61,842 bases of DNA from assembly GCA_965662715.1 (NCBI GenBank), contig CBFIIS010000002.1, positions 1 through 61,842 of the forward strand. Reading direction: 5' to 3'. Of the stretch, positions 10,240 through 20,000 are shown in pieces. Within the stretch, counting starts at the first letter, position 1. Each line of letters begins with the position of its first letter. The stretch is from Candidatus Poseidoniaceae archaeon. Lineage in GTDB: Archaea > Thermoplasmatota > Poseidoniia > Poseidoniales > Poseidoniaceae. Under the pieces are notes generated by a model. It was given only the letters and a program-made list of their open reading frames with translations. It made no database searches and had not been told where the DNA came from. The position numbers were made by a program, and so were the translations under genes.

Positions 10240-10932
10240 TCACTGGAGTGTGCCTTCCATTCGGCGGTACCAAGCCATCCCCTTTTCGTGGTCCTCGAGA
10301 AGAGAGAACTGTGGGAATGGTGAAATTGAGCGAGTGTAGCCAAAAACAGCAAAATCGACCAGATCAGGTGATGACCCCCCGAAGAACTCTTCATTGCCAT
10401 GTTCGTTGGTAAATTCAGTAAGAAGATCATGCCAGAGTTTCTTTGGTGTTCGACCATCATTCTTCACTCGCTTTTTTGCAATAATGCCCCACATGATTGG
10501 GAAACCAGCCCATGCATAGAGTCGCTTGGAAAGAAAACCAAACTTCTCGAGTTTAGAGATACGAGTTGTCGTTTTGAGTGCTGAGCCTAGGGTTCCGTAA
10601 AGGATCGGAACCGTGGCCTTGGACACCTTTGTGTCCGCCCACTCCAACCACTCTTCTTGCCTTTTTGCATCACCAGATGATGTGAGTTTCCCATCATTGT
10701 ATACCGCATCGATGTGTTTCATAATCGGCGTCGAATCGACATGGTGTTGCCCGTTTTCATCACTGAACACAGGAACTTTGCCCCAGTCCCCTGCAAAGGC
10801 AACAGACTTCTTAATTTTCATACCATTGACACCGATGTAATTGACATCCAATCCAATGTGTTCAATGACACCACGAACCTTCCAACAGAAGGGGCACGTG
10901 TAGAGCATGTGTACGGTAGGGGTTTGACCCAT
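10240..10932 (-). CDS. Glutaredoxin-2/GST-like protein (mPGES-2-like, CPFC motif)
   Basis: 230 aa. The N-terminal thioredoxin-fold pattern LYTCPFCWKVRGVIEHIGL...KVPVFSDENGQHHVDSTPIMKHID resembles prostaglandin-E-synthase-2-type GST N-domains. Helical C-terminal half. 9-nt gap to the next gene on the same strand. Confidence 0.6.
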   Translation of the reverse strand: MGQTPTVHMLYTCPFCWKVRGVIEHIGLDVNYIGVNGMKIKKSVAFAGDWGKVPVFSDENGQHHVDSTPIMKHIDAVYNDGKLTSSGDAKRQEEWLEWADTKVSKATVPILYGTLGSALKTTTRISKLEKFGFLSKRLYAWAGFPIMWGIIAKKRVKNDGRTPKKLWHDLLTEFTNEHGNEEFFGGSSPDLVDFAVFGYTRSISPFPQFSLLEDHEKGMAWYRRMEGTLQ

Positions 10933-10957
10933 GGTTCACCCTACCGCCTTCCCTTCT

Positions 10958-11299
10958 TCAAGGCTCGTTATCGTTCAATGAAGCAGGTTTCCAACCGGAT
11001 TTCCAAAAATCGAGGTTATCCAACCATTGCATCCATTCTTCATCTGAACATGTTAACAATCTGAAGGCTCGAGCTTCAAGTCCTTCTCGATTTGCAGCAG
11101 AGAGCATGCCCTGTTCCATAGCATCATGCCACTCGACCTGCATGTGGCGAATTCGTCGCCTTGCTTCTTCGGGTTGCTCAAAGTTCATCTCACAAAGATC
11201 TCTCAATTCAGAAATCCATGTTCGAGCATCCTTCAGCAACGGATCCTCGACCCGGGCTCGCTTTGATTTCGGTTTCTTACCAAACGGCCACCAACCCAT
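10958..11299 (-). CDS. Hypothetical protein (113 aa, charged, helical)
   Basis: Longest ORF in the interval with a non-shadow composition. 25-nt gap to the downstream GST-like gene on the same strand. No motif recognised. Confidence 0.45.
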   Translation of the reverse strand: MGWWPFGKKPKSKRARVEDPLLKDARTWISELRDLCEMNFEQPEEARRRIRHMQVEWHDAMEQGMLSAANREGLEARAFRLLTCSDEEWMQWLDNLDFWKSGWKPASLNDNEP

Positions 11300-11372
11300 G
11301 AGACGCTGAAGAACAGGTCTTCCTTAACGGCATCTGTTGAAACTGATATAGTTGGGACAATCTCGAGGTAGC

Positions 11373-11693
11373 ATGGAAGCCCAATTTTGGTTCGATGTTC
11401 TTGGTGCTGCGGCCATTGAAGGCATTCTCTTTGGCGCCGTACTTGGTCTGCTTTGGTCCATGGGCTCGAAAGCGCTACAATGGTTCCTTGTCGGCGAATT
11501 TATTCTTCTCAAATGGCTGGAATCTAGGGGTATCCTGATCGTCGACTGGGAACGCCTTACCCTTGGCATCGTGGAGAACAGCAGTCGCTTCCTCGAGGAG
11601 AGCCTCACCTTCGCACAATCATTGGTTGATCTCGGTGCATTCGGAGCAAGCACCGCCATCGGTTTTTACCTCGTCCGGAAGATTCGTTCATAA
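11373..11693 (+). CDS. Small membrane protein (possibly FUN14-like)
   Basis: ORF 11352..11693 starts at TTG; first ATG at 11373. Hydrophobic helices VLGAAAIEGILFGAVLGLLW and FLVGEFILLKWL, followed by GILIVDWERL. The opposite-strand ORF 11324..11659 is Arg/Ser/Pro-rich, consistent with a shadow ORF. Confidence 0.5.
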   Translation: MEAQFWFDVLGAAAIEGILFGAVLGLLWSMGSKALQWFLVGEFILLKWLESRGILIVDWERLTLGIVENSSRFLEESLTFAQSLVDLGAFGASTAIGFYLVRKIRS

Positions 11694-11729
11694 TGCATCT
11701 TCATCAACCACACACCTCACCCACGGGGC

Positions 11730-12161
11730 ATGGGTCGGGTGATTGTCCATCTTCATGGTTCAACGAAACAGAAGGATTTGAACCGTCTTATCGAGATGTA
11801 TGGGTCACGTCTAATCAATCGTGGTGTTCGTATTGAAACCCACTCGAGTAAACTTTCTTCCACAGCGTATCTTGACTACTTATTCGGTCTGCCGGGAGAT
11901 TTGTATTTGTTGGACGAAGGGGGTCAAATGGAGGATTCCATCGCCTTTGCTCAGCGTTTCAAGGCATGGACCATACAGACACATTCGACGCATCTCGCCA
12001 TTGGTCCTGCAGATGGGTGGATTGATGATCAGCGTCGAGATTGTAAGCGGCTTTCACTTTCACCAATGACCATGCCCCATGAGTTGGCGAGCGTAGTTCT
12101 GGTTGAACAACTCTACAGGGCAACCGAAATAGTGCGCGGCAGTGAATATCACAAGGCGTGA
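11730..12161 (+). CDS. rlmH: 23S rRNA (pseudouridine-N3)-methyltransferase RlmH (SPOUT family)
   Basis: 143 aa. LAIGPADGW loop and the C-terminal LSLSPMTMPHELASVVLVEQLYRATEIVRGSEYHK match the RlmH hallmark. Confidence 0.8.
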   Translation: MGRVIVHLHGSTKQKDLNRLIEMYGSRLINRGVRIETHSSKLSSTAYLDYLFGLPGDLYLLDEGGQMEDSIAFAQRFKAWTIQTHSTHLAIGPADGWIDDQRRDCKRLSLSPMTMPHELASVVLVEQLYRATEIVRGSEYHKA

Positions 12162-12209
12162 CAAAAGGGTCAAGAAGCACGGATTCTTGGAGAAATTCGG
12201 AGGCAAGGG

Positions 12210-12977
12210 ATGCTGCTCTTTGAACAAGAAAGTTTGCGCTGGGGCCTCCTCACTTTTGAAGCACTCATCGGCCTTGTGTTGATCCTCGCTTCGAAGAGCC
12301 AGCCCTTCCCACTCCCCTCTCGCCGCTTTGGATGGATTGTGCTTTCCGTGGCACTTCTCCTCACGCTTGGGCAACTTGCACCAAACCCCGTTTCTGTCCT
12401 CGGCCACCTCGTGATCCTCACTGGTCTTGGCTCATTTGGCCTCCTGATTGGTATTCATCATTTGATACGCACCCGCAGAGAAGTTCTGATCGCACCATTT
12501 TCTGGATTCTTGTTTTGTGTCGGGATTGGAGGTTTGATGGTTTCAACATGGCCAGAATTGAACACATTTGAGCAATGGTCTGGATTTGGGGCGCTCGTCA
12601 TGCTCGGGGGCGGTCAGACTTGGCTGGTGTTCCGCGGGCTTCTCATTGGCAGGCTCCCCCTCGCATGGAGCCAAGCTGGAATGGTTGCCTTGCAGCGCGG
12701 TTTTGTCGATGGGCAGGATGGTGCGATTGCTTGCTTCGAAAAGGGCTGGGATGCAGAAGAAGAGCATCTTAATCCAATGGCGTATGTGGCGCTTCATCGC
12801 CTGAATTTGTTCATCGGAGACCATGAAAAAGCGACAGAATGGTTGCATGCACTGGAAGATGTTGGCGGTGAAAAGGGCGTAGCACCGGAGTGGATTGAGG
12901 CAATTCATGATGCCCTTATTCGCATCAATCCAGAGGCAGCTGCCACCCTTCCTTCGTTGCAAACCAGCGAGGAATGA
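12210..12977 (+). CDS. Integral membrane protein with soluble helical C-terminal domain
   Basis: 255 aa. About five hydrophobic helices in the first ~165 residues, then an acidic helical tail. No catalytic motif recognised. Confidence 0.6.
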   Translation: MLLFEQESLRWGLLTFEALIGLVLILASKSQPFPLPSRRFGWIVLSVALLLTLGQLAPNPVSVLGHLVILTGLGSFGLLIGIHHLIRTRREVLIAPFSGFLFCVGIGGLMVSTWPELNTFEQWSGFGALVMLGGGQTWLVFRGLLIGRLPLAWSQAGMVALQRGFVDGQDGAIACFEKGWDAEEEHLNPMAYVALHRLNLFIGDHEKATEWLHALEDVGGEKGVAPEWIEAIHDALIRINPEAAATLPSLQTSEE

Positions 12978-13098
12978 TTCCGGTTTACGGAACTTTATCT
13001 CCGAATGAAGTAGTTATTCTTCGAGAAAGAAGGCTTGATGAGCAATTTATGACTCAACAAAACAAAGTCCTTAATAGCATGAACGTCGATTTATTACT

Positions 13099-13380
13099 AT
13101 GGGAACAAGAGAAGATCAGCCAAGGTCGTTAAACATGAGCACATTGTTATGGTACGCCATTTTCGTTTGGTTTGCCTCAAGTTTGTTCTCCCAATCGCTC
13201 TACATGGCCTTCAATGGCGTACCATATGATGCGGTTGCTTTGCTTCAAAACCTAGGTCCAGTTTACTACATTGTTTTGGTTATCGAGTTGTTTGTATGGA
13301 TCAGCTTGGGAAGTCTTCTGGTCAGGAAGGTTCTCAAGAAAACTTGGGCCAGCCCAAGTCCAAAACCCCTTGCGGCATAA
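13099..13380 (+). CDS. Small membrane protein (93 aa)
   Basis: Two hydrophobic helices (LLWYAIFVWFASSLF, VYYIVLVIELFVWISLGSLLV). Alternative ATG at 13135. Confidence 0.45.
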   Translation: MGTREDQPRSLNMSTLLWYAIFVWFASSLFSQSLYMAFNGVPYDAVALLQNLGPVYYIVLVIELFVWISLGSLLVRKVLKKTWASPSPKPLAA

Positions 13381-13587
13381 TGTTCATTTTCACCATGAAG
13401 TTCGACTGTAGAACGGTCAAGCACCGTGAGCGAAGAAATCGTTCACCCTCAAAATTCATCGAAAATCAAAGGTTACTGCCGATGACTTGAAGGTCCGTCA
13501 AGACAAGGAACCCATGTGAGAGAAACTGGCGATGTTCCATTCTTTTCTGGTCGACCAATGGACACATGTTCATTGAAAGACGAAGAA

Positions 13588-14001
13588 ATGGCCATGCGGG
13601 TGCTCCCTCGAGGCGCCCGAATCGTAACGATTGAAGAGGCAAGGGAGAATCTTCCCAAAGTAACCCGTTGGCTTGCAGAGCTTCAAGCAATGAGTGATGA
13701 AGCCCACGATCTTACTGAAGAGCTTGAAGTGCTTCTCGAATCATTACAACCCGAAAATGAACACGTTGTGGAAGTAGCAGAGCACCTTGCACAACTTGTG
13801 ACACATTGGCAACATACCACCGCAAAAATTGAGGCCACTGGGACCAGAATTGCATGTTTGGAACCAGGGCGGCTGGAATGGTATGGCGTGGTTGACGAAC
13901 ACCTCGCTCTCTATTCATGGAGCCTTGGAGAAGAAGACATTGAATGGTATCACCCAATAGACGCCAGTTTCATGGCCCGAAAACCACTCATAGAAGCGTA
14001 A
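13588..14001 (+). CDS. DUF2203 family protein
   Basis: ORF 13516..14001. VTIEEARENLPKV near the N-terminus and GRLEWYGVVDEHLALYSWSLGEEDIEWYHPIDASFMARKPL at the C-terminus fit my recollection of the DUF2203 pattern. Start placed at ATG 13588 (MAMRVLPRG); 13516 is possible. Confidence 0.6.
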   Translation: MAMRVLPRGARIVTIEEARENLPKVTRWLAELQAMSDEAHDLTEELEVLLESLQPENEHVVEVAEHLAQLVTHWQHTTAKIEATGTRIACLEPGRLEWYGVVDEHLALYSWSLGEEDIEWYHPIDASFMARKPLIEA

Positions 14002-14024
14002 TGTCCCAAGCATGAGGGGGAGCC

Positions 14025-14720
14025 ATGGTTCGAATCAACCGAGTGTACACCGGGGGCGGTGATGAAGGTGAGACATCTCTTGTCGATGGCTCACGCAGAT
14101 CAAAAGCTGACCTTCGATTTGAAGTGGTTGGGACCTGCGATGAATTGAATGCTCTGTTTGGGCTGATCGCCATGGAAGCAAATCGCTTACCTCGGCATGA
14201 AGATGGTGGTAGCCGGGCGACGGTCGAACGGGTTCAAACCATTCTTTCAATGGTGCTTACTCGAGTCCAAAATGAATTATTTGACCTAGGTGCGGAACTG
14301 GCATGTGTGCCGTCTGAACTTCCAGAATACATGGTGCTCATCAACGAGGATCAATGCTCAGTTTTGGTTGAAGAAATGGATGCATGGCTCGAGCATATCG
14401 AACCGCTCACCAGTTTCATTCTACCAGCAGGCCATGGTCCTGAGGCAATGCTTCATCTTGCTCGAACCGTCGCACGACGGCTTGAACGTGCAGTCATCCG
14501 TCTCAAAGAACACGAAGGTGAAGCTTCGGTAAGGCCGCTCGTTCAAGTCTACCTCAACCGTCTTTCTGACTGGCTTTTTGTCCTCGGTCGCTGGGTCACT
14601 GCTGGACTCGGCCACAACGAAATGCTTTGGCAACCCCTTGGAAAAAGAGGTCCAGAATCAGGAGTGGCGGACCGAATCCGTCGCCTTTATGCCTCGGATG
14701 AGGATTTTGAGTTGCTCTAA
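14025..14720 (+). CDS. pduO: ATP:cob(I)alamin adenosyltransferase, PduO/MMAB type
   Basis: 231 aa. The N-terminus INRVYTGGGDEGETSLVDGSRRSKADLRFEVVGTCDELNA is the typical PduO-type signature. 24-nt gap after the DUF2203 gene. Confidence 0.8.
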   Translation: MVRINRVYTGGGDEGETSLVDGSRRSKADLRFEVVGTCDELNALFGLIAMEANRLPRHEDGGSRATVERVQTILSMVLTRVQNELFDLGAELACVPSELPEYMVLINEDQCSVLVEEMDAWLEHIEPLTSFILPAGHGPEAMLHLARTVARRLERAVIRLKEHEGEASVRPLVQVYLNRLSDWLFVLGRWVTAGLGHNEMLWQPLGKRGPESGVADRIRRLYASDEDFELL

Positions 14721-15158
14721 TTATTCAAGTCCAAGAGCACTCATGTGTTGGCGGGCGTTTCTCAAAACGCTTTTTGTTTCCTCGTGAGAGAGTTGCTGTT
14801 CGGCCATGTCCCAGTCAAGCCACATGTAGCCACGATGTTCATGTGAAAGTTTGACCGATATTTGGTCAGTTTGTGCCACATACCAGTACACCTGTTTGAC
14901 CTTCCTTTTGCCGCGGTGACGGTAGGAGTACTCACTTCGCTCCACAAAATCATCGACGAATTGAATTTGGTCAATGCCTGTTTCTTCTGTTAATTCCCGT
15001 CGCGCAGTGCTGCGATGATCGGCATCATCATTTTCGACGTGCCCCTTTGGAAAATCCCAATGCCCTTGCGGATATTGAAGGAGGAGCACCGTTCCATAAT
15101 TGACCAAGACGACGCCGCAGGAGGTCTCCATGCTTTGAACCGAGGGGCCCACAGTCAA
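14721..15158 (-). CDS. NUDIX hydrolase (Ap4A-hydrolase-like)
   Basis: 145 aa. Nudix box region GHWDFPKGHVENDDADHRSTARRELTEETGI (RE-x2-EE-x-GI). Confidence 0.8.
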   Translation of the reverse strand: MTVGPSVQSMETSCGVVLVNYGTVLLLQYPQGHWDFPKGHVENDDADHRSTARRELTEETGIDQIQFVDDFVERSEYSYRHRGKRKVKQVYWYVAQTDQISVKLSHEHRGYMWLDWDMAEQQLSHEETKSVLRNARQHMSALGLE

Positions 15159-15220
15159 GTTATTTGTGGCGGAACAAACATCGGCAAATCTTCTTGAAGG
15201 CGGTTCATTAGCACTCGTTT

Positions 15221-16219
15221 ATGGGTGAGGCACTCAATATTCTGAAAGAGGCAGGATTGCCAGAGTTCACCACAATCGTGGCCGATTCAGATCTCGATGG
15301 TCTTTGTGCCGCAGCCGTTTTGAAAGCAGCCAACCCGGGTGCCATAGTTCATTTTGCTCATGCAGCACTCGTACGTTCTGGGACCATCGACCATCTCATC
15401 AACCATCAAACTGCCATGGTTGATCTTCCATTTCACCCAGATTGCGGGTGGTACCTCGACCATCATCAAACAAATAGGCCAAGTTCAGATGAAGAGGCAT
15501 CGTTCATCGCAAAGGGCGGAACCTGTCACTGGGAAGCAACACCATCCGCAGCACGCCTTGCCTACGATGTCCTCAGCCCGCACATTGACCTGAGCCATTT
15601 AGAAGAGATTATGCCCGTTGTAGATGCCTTAGACTCTGGCCAAATTGCCCGAGAAGATTTCATCGCAGATGGACCGATCCTCCAACTTGCGCGCTCCTTG
15701 TCCATGAGGGAAACAGAACATATGCAACATCTTCTAACCCTCCTTTCCAAAGGTACGCGAATGGCCGATGTGTTGGCTGATGAGCTTATACTTCCGCATG
15801 TGAATCGAGCAAAAGATGAACGAGCAGCGGCACAACGTGTTGTTGAAACCTCGACAACGATCATCGACCGTTTAGCAGTGTGCCGTATGGATGAAAAAGG
15901 TGTTCGCTCCAATGGATATCTCGTCACTGCTTGGGCGGGCGACCGAGCGGATGCGTGTTGCATTATCCACGGCTACGCCAACGGTTCAATTGAGACGCCC
16001 GAACGCCCACCTCTCTCTGCGAGTTTCTATGCGAATTCATTTCTTCCAAACGGGCAAGGAAGGTTTGACTTGTCTCGGATGGCTACGGCCCTTGATCCAA
16101 CTGGTGGTGGCCATGCGAACGCATGTGGTTGCCGGATCCAAGAACCCGGTCTCGATGCCAACCTTGACCACTGGCTTGCGATGTGGGCCAATCGCGAAGT
16201 GTCTCTAGCGATCAAATGA
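15221..16219 (+). CDS. DHH/DHHA1 family phosphoesterase (NrnA-like)
   Basis: 332 aa. Motifs VADSDLDGLCAAAVL (DxD...DG), YLDHHQTN (DHH) and GGGHANACG (DHHA1 GGGH). Confidence 0.75.
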   Translation: MGEALNILKEAGLPEFTTIVADSDLDGLCAAAVLKAANPGAIVHFAHAALVRSGTIDHLINHQTAMVDLPFHPDCGWYLDHHQTNRPSSDEEASFIAKGGTCHWEATPSAARLAYDVLSPHIDLSHLEEIMPVVDALDSGQIAREDFIADGPILQLARSLSMRETEHMQHLLTLLSKGTRMADVLADELILPHVNRAKDERAAAQRVVETSTTIIDRLAVCRMDEKGVRSNGYLVTAWAGDRADACCIIHGYANGSIETPERPPLSASFYANSFLPNGQGRFDLSRMATALDPTGGGHANACGCRIQEPGLDANLDHWLAMWANREVSLAIK

Positions 16220-16690
16220 CTATTCGAGCACAATGAACAAGTACAGGAATCCTAGGAAAGCGTGGATGAAAACCAGGACGACAATCAAGTCTGCTGCCCT
16301 TCCATGCTTGAGGCTGTGATGGCTAAATTTTTCACCTTCCATACGCGCATTCCTTGCCTTTCGCCCCATGCGGGCAAGGGCGTACAGCAAACCAAACCCA
16401 ACTGGACCCATAAACCCGTGAAGGCTTTGCGGCATCAGGCTCGAAATCACATGTTCCCCTGTACGCCAAGCAACAATGGCTCGGGCTATGAACGCGATAG
16501 CAATTACTCCAAAAGACGCGTAAAGCAGCCGTTCACCCATTGTTTCATGCCTGCTTCGCGCCTCATTTCTCTGCTCACCTTTGAGTTCGTAGCTTTTTCT
16601 TCGCCATGAATACTGCCACCAAATCCACAGCAACAAAAGCGTGGCGAGGACGGGATGAAGGAGCAAAATGAATGCATTGATTAAATCCAC
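16220..16690 (-). CDS. Four-helix integral membrane protein, His-rich loops (function unknown)
   Basis: 156 aa. GTG start preceded by a G7 run at 16697-16703 (SD-like). Four hydrophobic segments. No motif recognised. Confidence 0.55.
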   Translation of the reverse strand: MDLINAFILLLHPVLATLLLLWIWWQYSWRRKSYELKGEQRNEARSRHETMGERLLYASFGVIAIAFIARAIVAWRTGEHVISSLMPQSLHGFMGPVGFGLLYALARMGRKARNARMEGEKFSHHSLKHGRAADLIVVLVFIHAFLGFLYLFIVLE

Positions 16691-16868
16691 AACTTACCCC
16701 CCCACAGTCTGTCGGATGCACCCCTGCCTCATGGTTGTTATTGGAAACCTTTGTTCAACCTGCTCAGTAGAGGAGTAACCCATGCCGGTGGGTTGAAGGA
16801 GGGTAGGTTGAGCCCTTGGATGAGGGGCGAGCATTCTGCAGGAGGAGTATCTGGCTAATTGCCTTCAA

Positions 16869-16891
16869 GTTGCGTTCAAATCAAACGCAAC
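16869..16891. promoter_or_regulatory. Perfect palindrome GTTGCGTT-N7-AACGCAAC in a divergent intergenic region
   Basis: 8-bp arms at 16869-16876 and 16884-16891 with the 7-nt spacer caaatca. It lies inside the ~340-nt non-coding gap between the membrane-protein gene start (16690) and the PIN-protein gene start (17028). Confidence 0.3.
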
Positions 16892-17027
16892 AAAAGCGCG
16901 CCGCCAGTCCCTCGTTGTACGAACACCTGATTGGCAATTACTTGAGAAATCATGGCGTCCAATTCTTCTTCTAGCGATTGCAGAAACTGAACTTCCTGCT
17001 GCAGATGAAGACGAACAAGCCTCACCA

Positions 17028-20000
17028 ATGCGAAAGTCAGTCAACATGCGACGAACAAGAACAAGGCGAGGTGGCCGGGGCTCAACCAGTCCAATGGATC
17101 TCATCCCATCAGCGGAGGAAATGCTTGTTCCAAGTGATTACTCTGATGCATATCGCCTCGCTGTTCTTCTTTGTCATAAACTCCTCAACAAAGATGATTG
17201 GGATTCTTCCTGGGAGGTTACCGAAACCAGCCTTCGCAACTCCTGCCTCGAAAAAGGAACCCATCCTGTTTGGGCCGAACTTGCTCAGCATACGCCGGTG
17301 TTTGGTCAATTTGCTGCCTTCCCTGTCGCTAAGCCAAAGAAAAAGTCATCCAAGAAAAAACTCGACATGTCCGCCGCCTATATCGATCCTCATTCTTCGG
17401 AGGATTTGGCTACTGCCCTCGATTCTCTCGCGGCCACGGTCGATTCGGCCGGGGCTCAAGTCGCTTTACGAAACGTGACTTCTCAATTATCAGCAGGCCG
17501 CGCCTTGACGCCCAGTGACTCGCTTCTCAACCTTGAAGGGCAGGCATCGGTTCTCTCAGCGCTGCTTCACATTGCTACAAATAGCGATGCAACAGATGCC
17601 CTTGCCCGAGTCGAAAAAATCGACAAGGACCTTGCTTCTGAACTGAAGGATTTGGTTCAACTGCAAAACGGCCAAGTTGATGACTGGGACGCAAGCGCTA
17701 ACGCCAAGGGCAACCATTCTCTTGCGCTTCGTCGCCGCTTCCTTGCGTGGCAACACCCTCCAGAATCCTCCTCAGAAATGGATGCAGCAAGTCTAACAGA
17801 AGGGCTCGAACTTCTTCAGAATGGCAATGCCCCAACCCAAGCGATTGAACGAGTGACATGGTGGCGCTTAGCAGCCCTTCACCGTGAAGGAAAATCAGAA
17901 GAAACCATCGAAACACTGATCGCTCTCAAACTTGATGTCCATGCTGAATTATCACACTTGCTTCCCCTTGTCTCCGATCTCTCAAATAAGGAAGTTCAAG
18001 CGTGGCTTGAAAGCCAAATTCCGCATCTCGATGACGGCGCCCTTGTGGACATCATATGTTGCTCTGACCTCGATACAGAGACTCAAGCCTTAGCAGCTAA
18101 GCATCTCAGCGAAGAAAATATCGAAGCGTGGGAGCAGGTGCTTCCAGTCGTCATCGACATTTACACACGTTCGATGAACTTGCGAAGGTTGTCTGAAATC
18201 ATCGTGAAAAATGATCTAACCCCACTTTCGCATCCTTATGAAACCCTTCTCGCTGCCCATCTTTTGGCAGCTGGCAAGGACAATGATTTGTGGCATGCAG
18301 TCCGATCCGCTCGGGAAAAGGCGTTAGATTCTGTTCACAGCACAGAAGCTCCACCTGCGTTTTCTTCAACCAGTGAAGCATTGCTCATGCTGTTTGAAGG
18401 CGAGAACGTCGATGATGAAAGGCTAGGGACTCTGCTTGACAAAAATGGTCTCCTCGCCTTCGGGGTTATTCGTCGCGCACTCCGTGAAGGCGGTTCTGGA
18501 ATTGTCGAGAATAAGGAACTGAATGCTTTGCAGACCAGCATCGCAGAAGCAGATCTGAGTTTGATGGAGGAACACCTTTTCGCAGCCGTCATCGATACGC
18601 TAAGGTTGAATCGTGTGGCACTCATGCTTCAACATGGAACTTCGGATGAAGCAACTGTGGAAAGCGTCAACACCTTGCTTAGCAATGAAAATGTCCCAAC
18701 GGCCATGATTCACTCTGTACGCCATCTTGTTCTCGAACACGATCTTGGATTGCCTTCGTTGGTACGTTGGTACCAAACAAACGACCCGCTCTCGCCCTGG
18801 CACACGCTCGCCCGTGCTTCTGTTTCTGCTTCAAAGAAGGATGAATTGAATGCCGCACGCGATTACCGCAGAGCAGGAGATCATGATGGCTTTGATTACG
18901 AGCACAAAGTGGTGCTCTATCGTAAATCACTCATCCACTTGGCATTTGCAGAACAGTGGAAGGAAGCAGTGGAATTACTCGAAGCCCAACCTTCCCTTCG
19001 AAGCGCCATCACCAAGAGGTTCCAATTATACCTCCGTGTATCGTTTACCTCAATGCGAAGTACCAATGAAGCGACCCGTTTATTGAAGGACTTTGTGCGG
19101 TCGACTAAGATTATTTCACAGGAAAATGAATCTGGTGAACTCGAAGAAGTCGAAGTCACCTATTTTGCAGAAGACGATCTTGACATGCTCAAGACGTACC
19201 CCTTTGAGCATCAACGTGTTTTACCAACAGATCCGTTTTGCGGGCGAGTTACCGCAGCCGTGAATTCCCTCCAAAAGAATCGCCGAAGGCAGAGAAACGC
19301 GTTTGATACGCGGTTTACCCAGTTGATGCAAGGCACTTCGCCTTCACTCGATGAATTGTATGATTTGGCAACTGAAGCAGCGCAAGAAAAACCAGTCGAA
19401 GGCCTCATGTTCCTTGAACGGGCACAAAACCGTGGTCAGTTCAATGTCCGAGAAATCAAGCGAATTGCAGATGCGGAACAAGGCCTATTTTCTGCTTACA
19501 AAGACCAAATTCCGAACGGCTCTCGAAGGTACCTCAGAAACCTCTCGTTATCCCCATTGGTCCTCATTGACACCAATGTTCTCGTCGATGCCCTGATGGA
19601 TGCAATCAAACAAAAACTCGAGGTTTTCACTGAAGCCAGTCTTGATATCGGTGGACACGGCCATTTCCACCACGTCCTTCTCAAGCGGGCACAAGAAGGT
19701 AAAATCCAACTTTGGCTTCCAAAGATTGTGAAGCAAGAACTCACTGGAATTGCCAGTGACATGAACTTCTTACGCAACAGGTTCAGTGGCCTTTTGGTGC
19801 CGCCGATCATGCTTGATACGGTGTTCAAAAAAGATGTCATCAGCGAAATCGTTGACAAAGTGCTTGCGGACTACAGCACTTGGCGTCCGATGGATTTGCA
19901 ACTCGAAGCAGAGGCCGAGGAAGAAGAGAACAAGTCAGGTGTGATCGGATTCTTCAAAGATTATACAGAAATTTACGAAGAGATTACTGCAATGAAGCGA

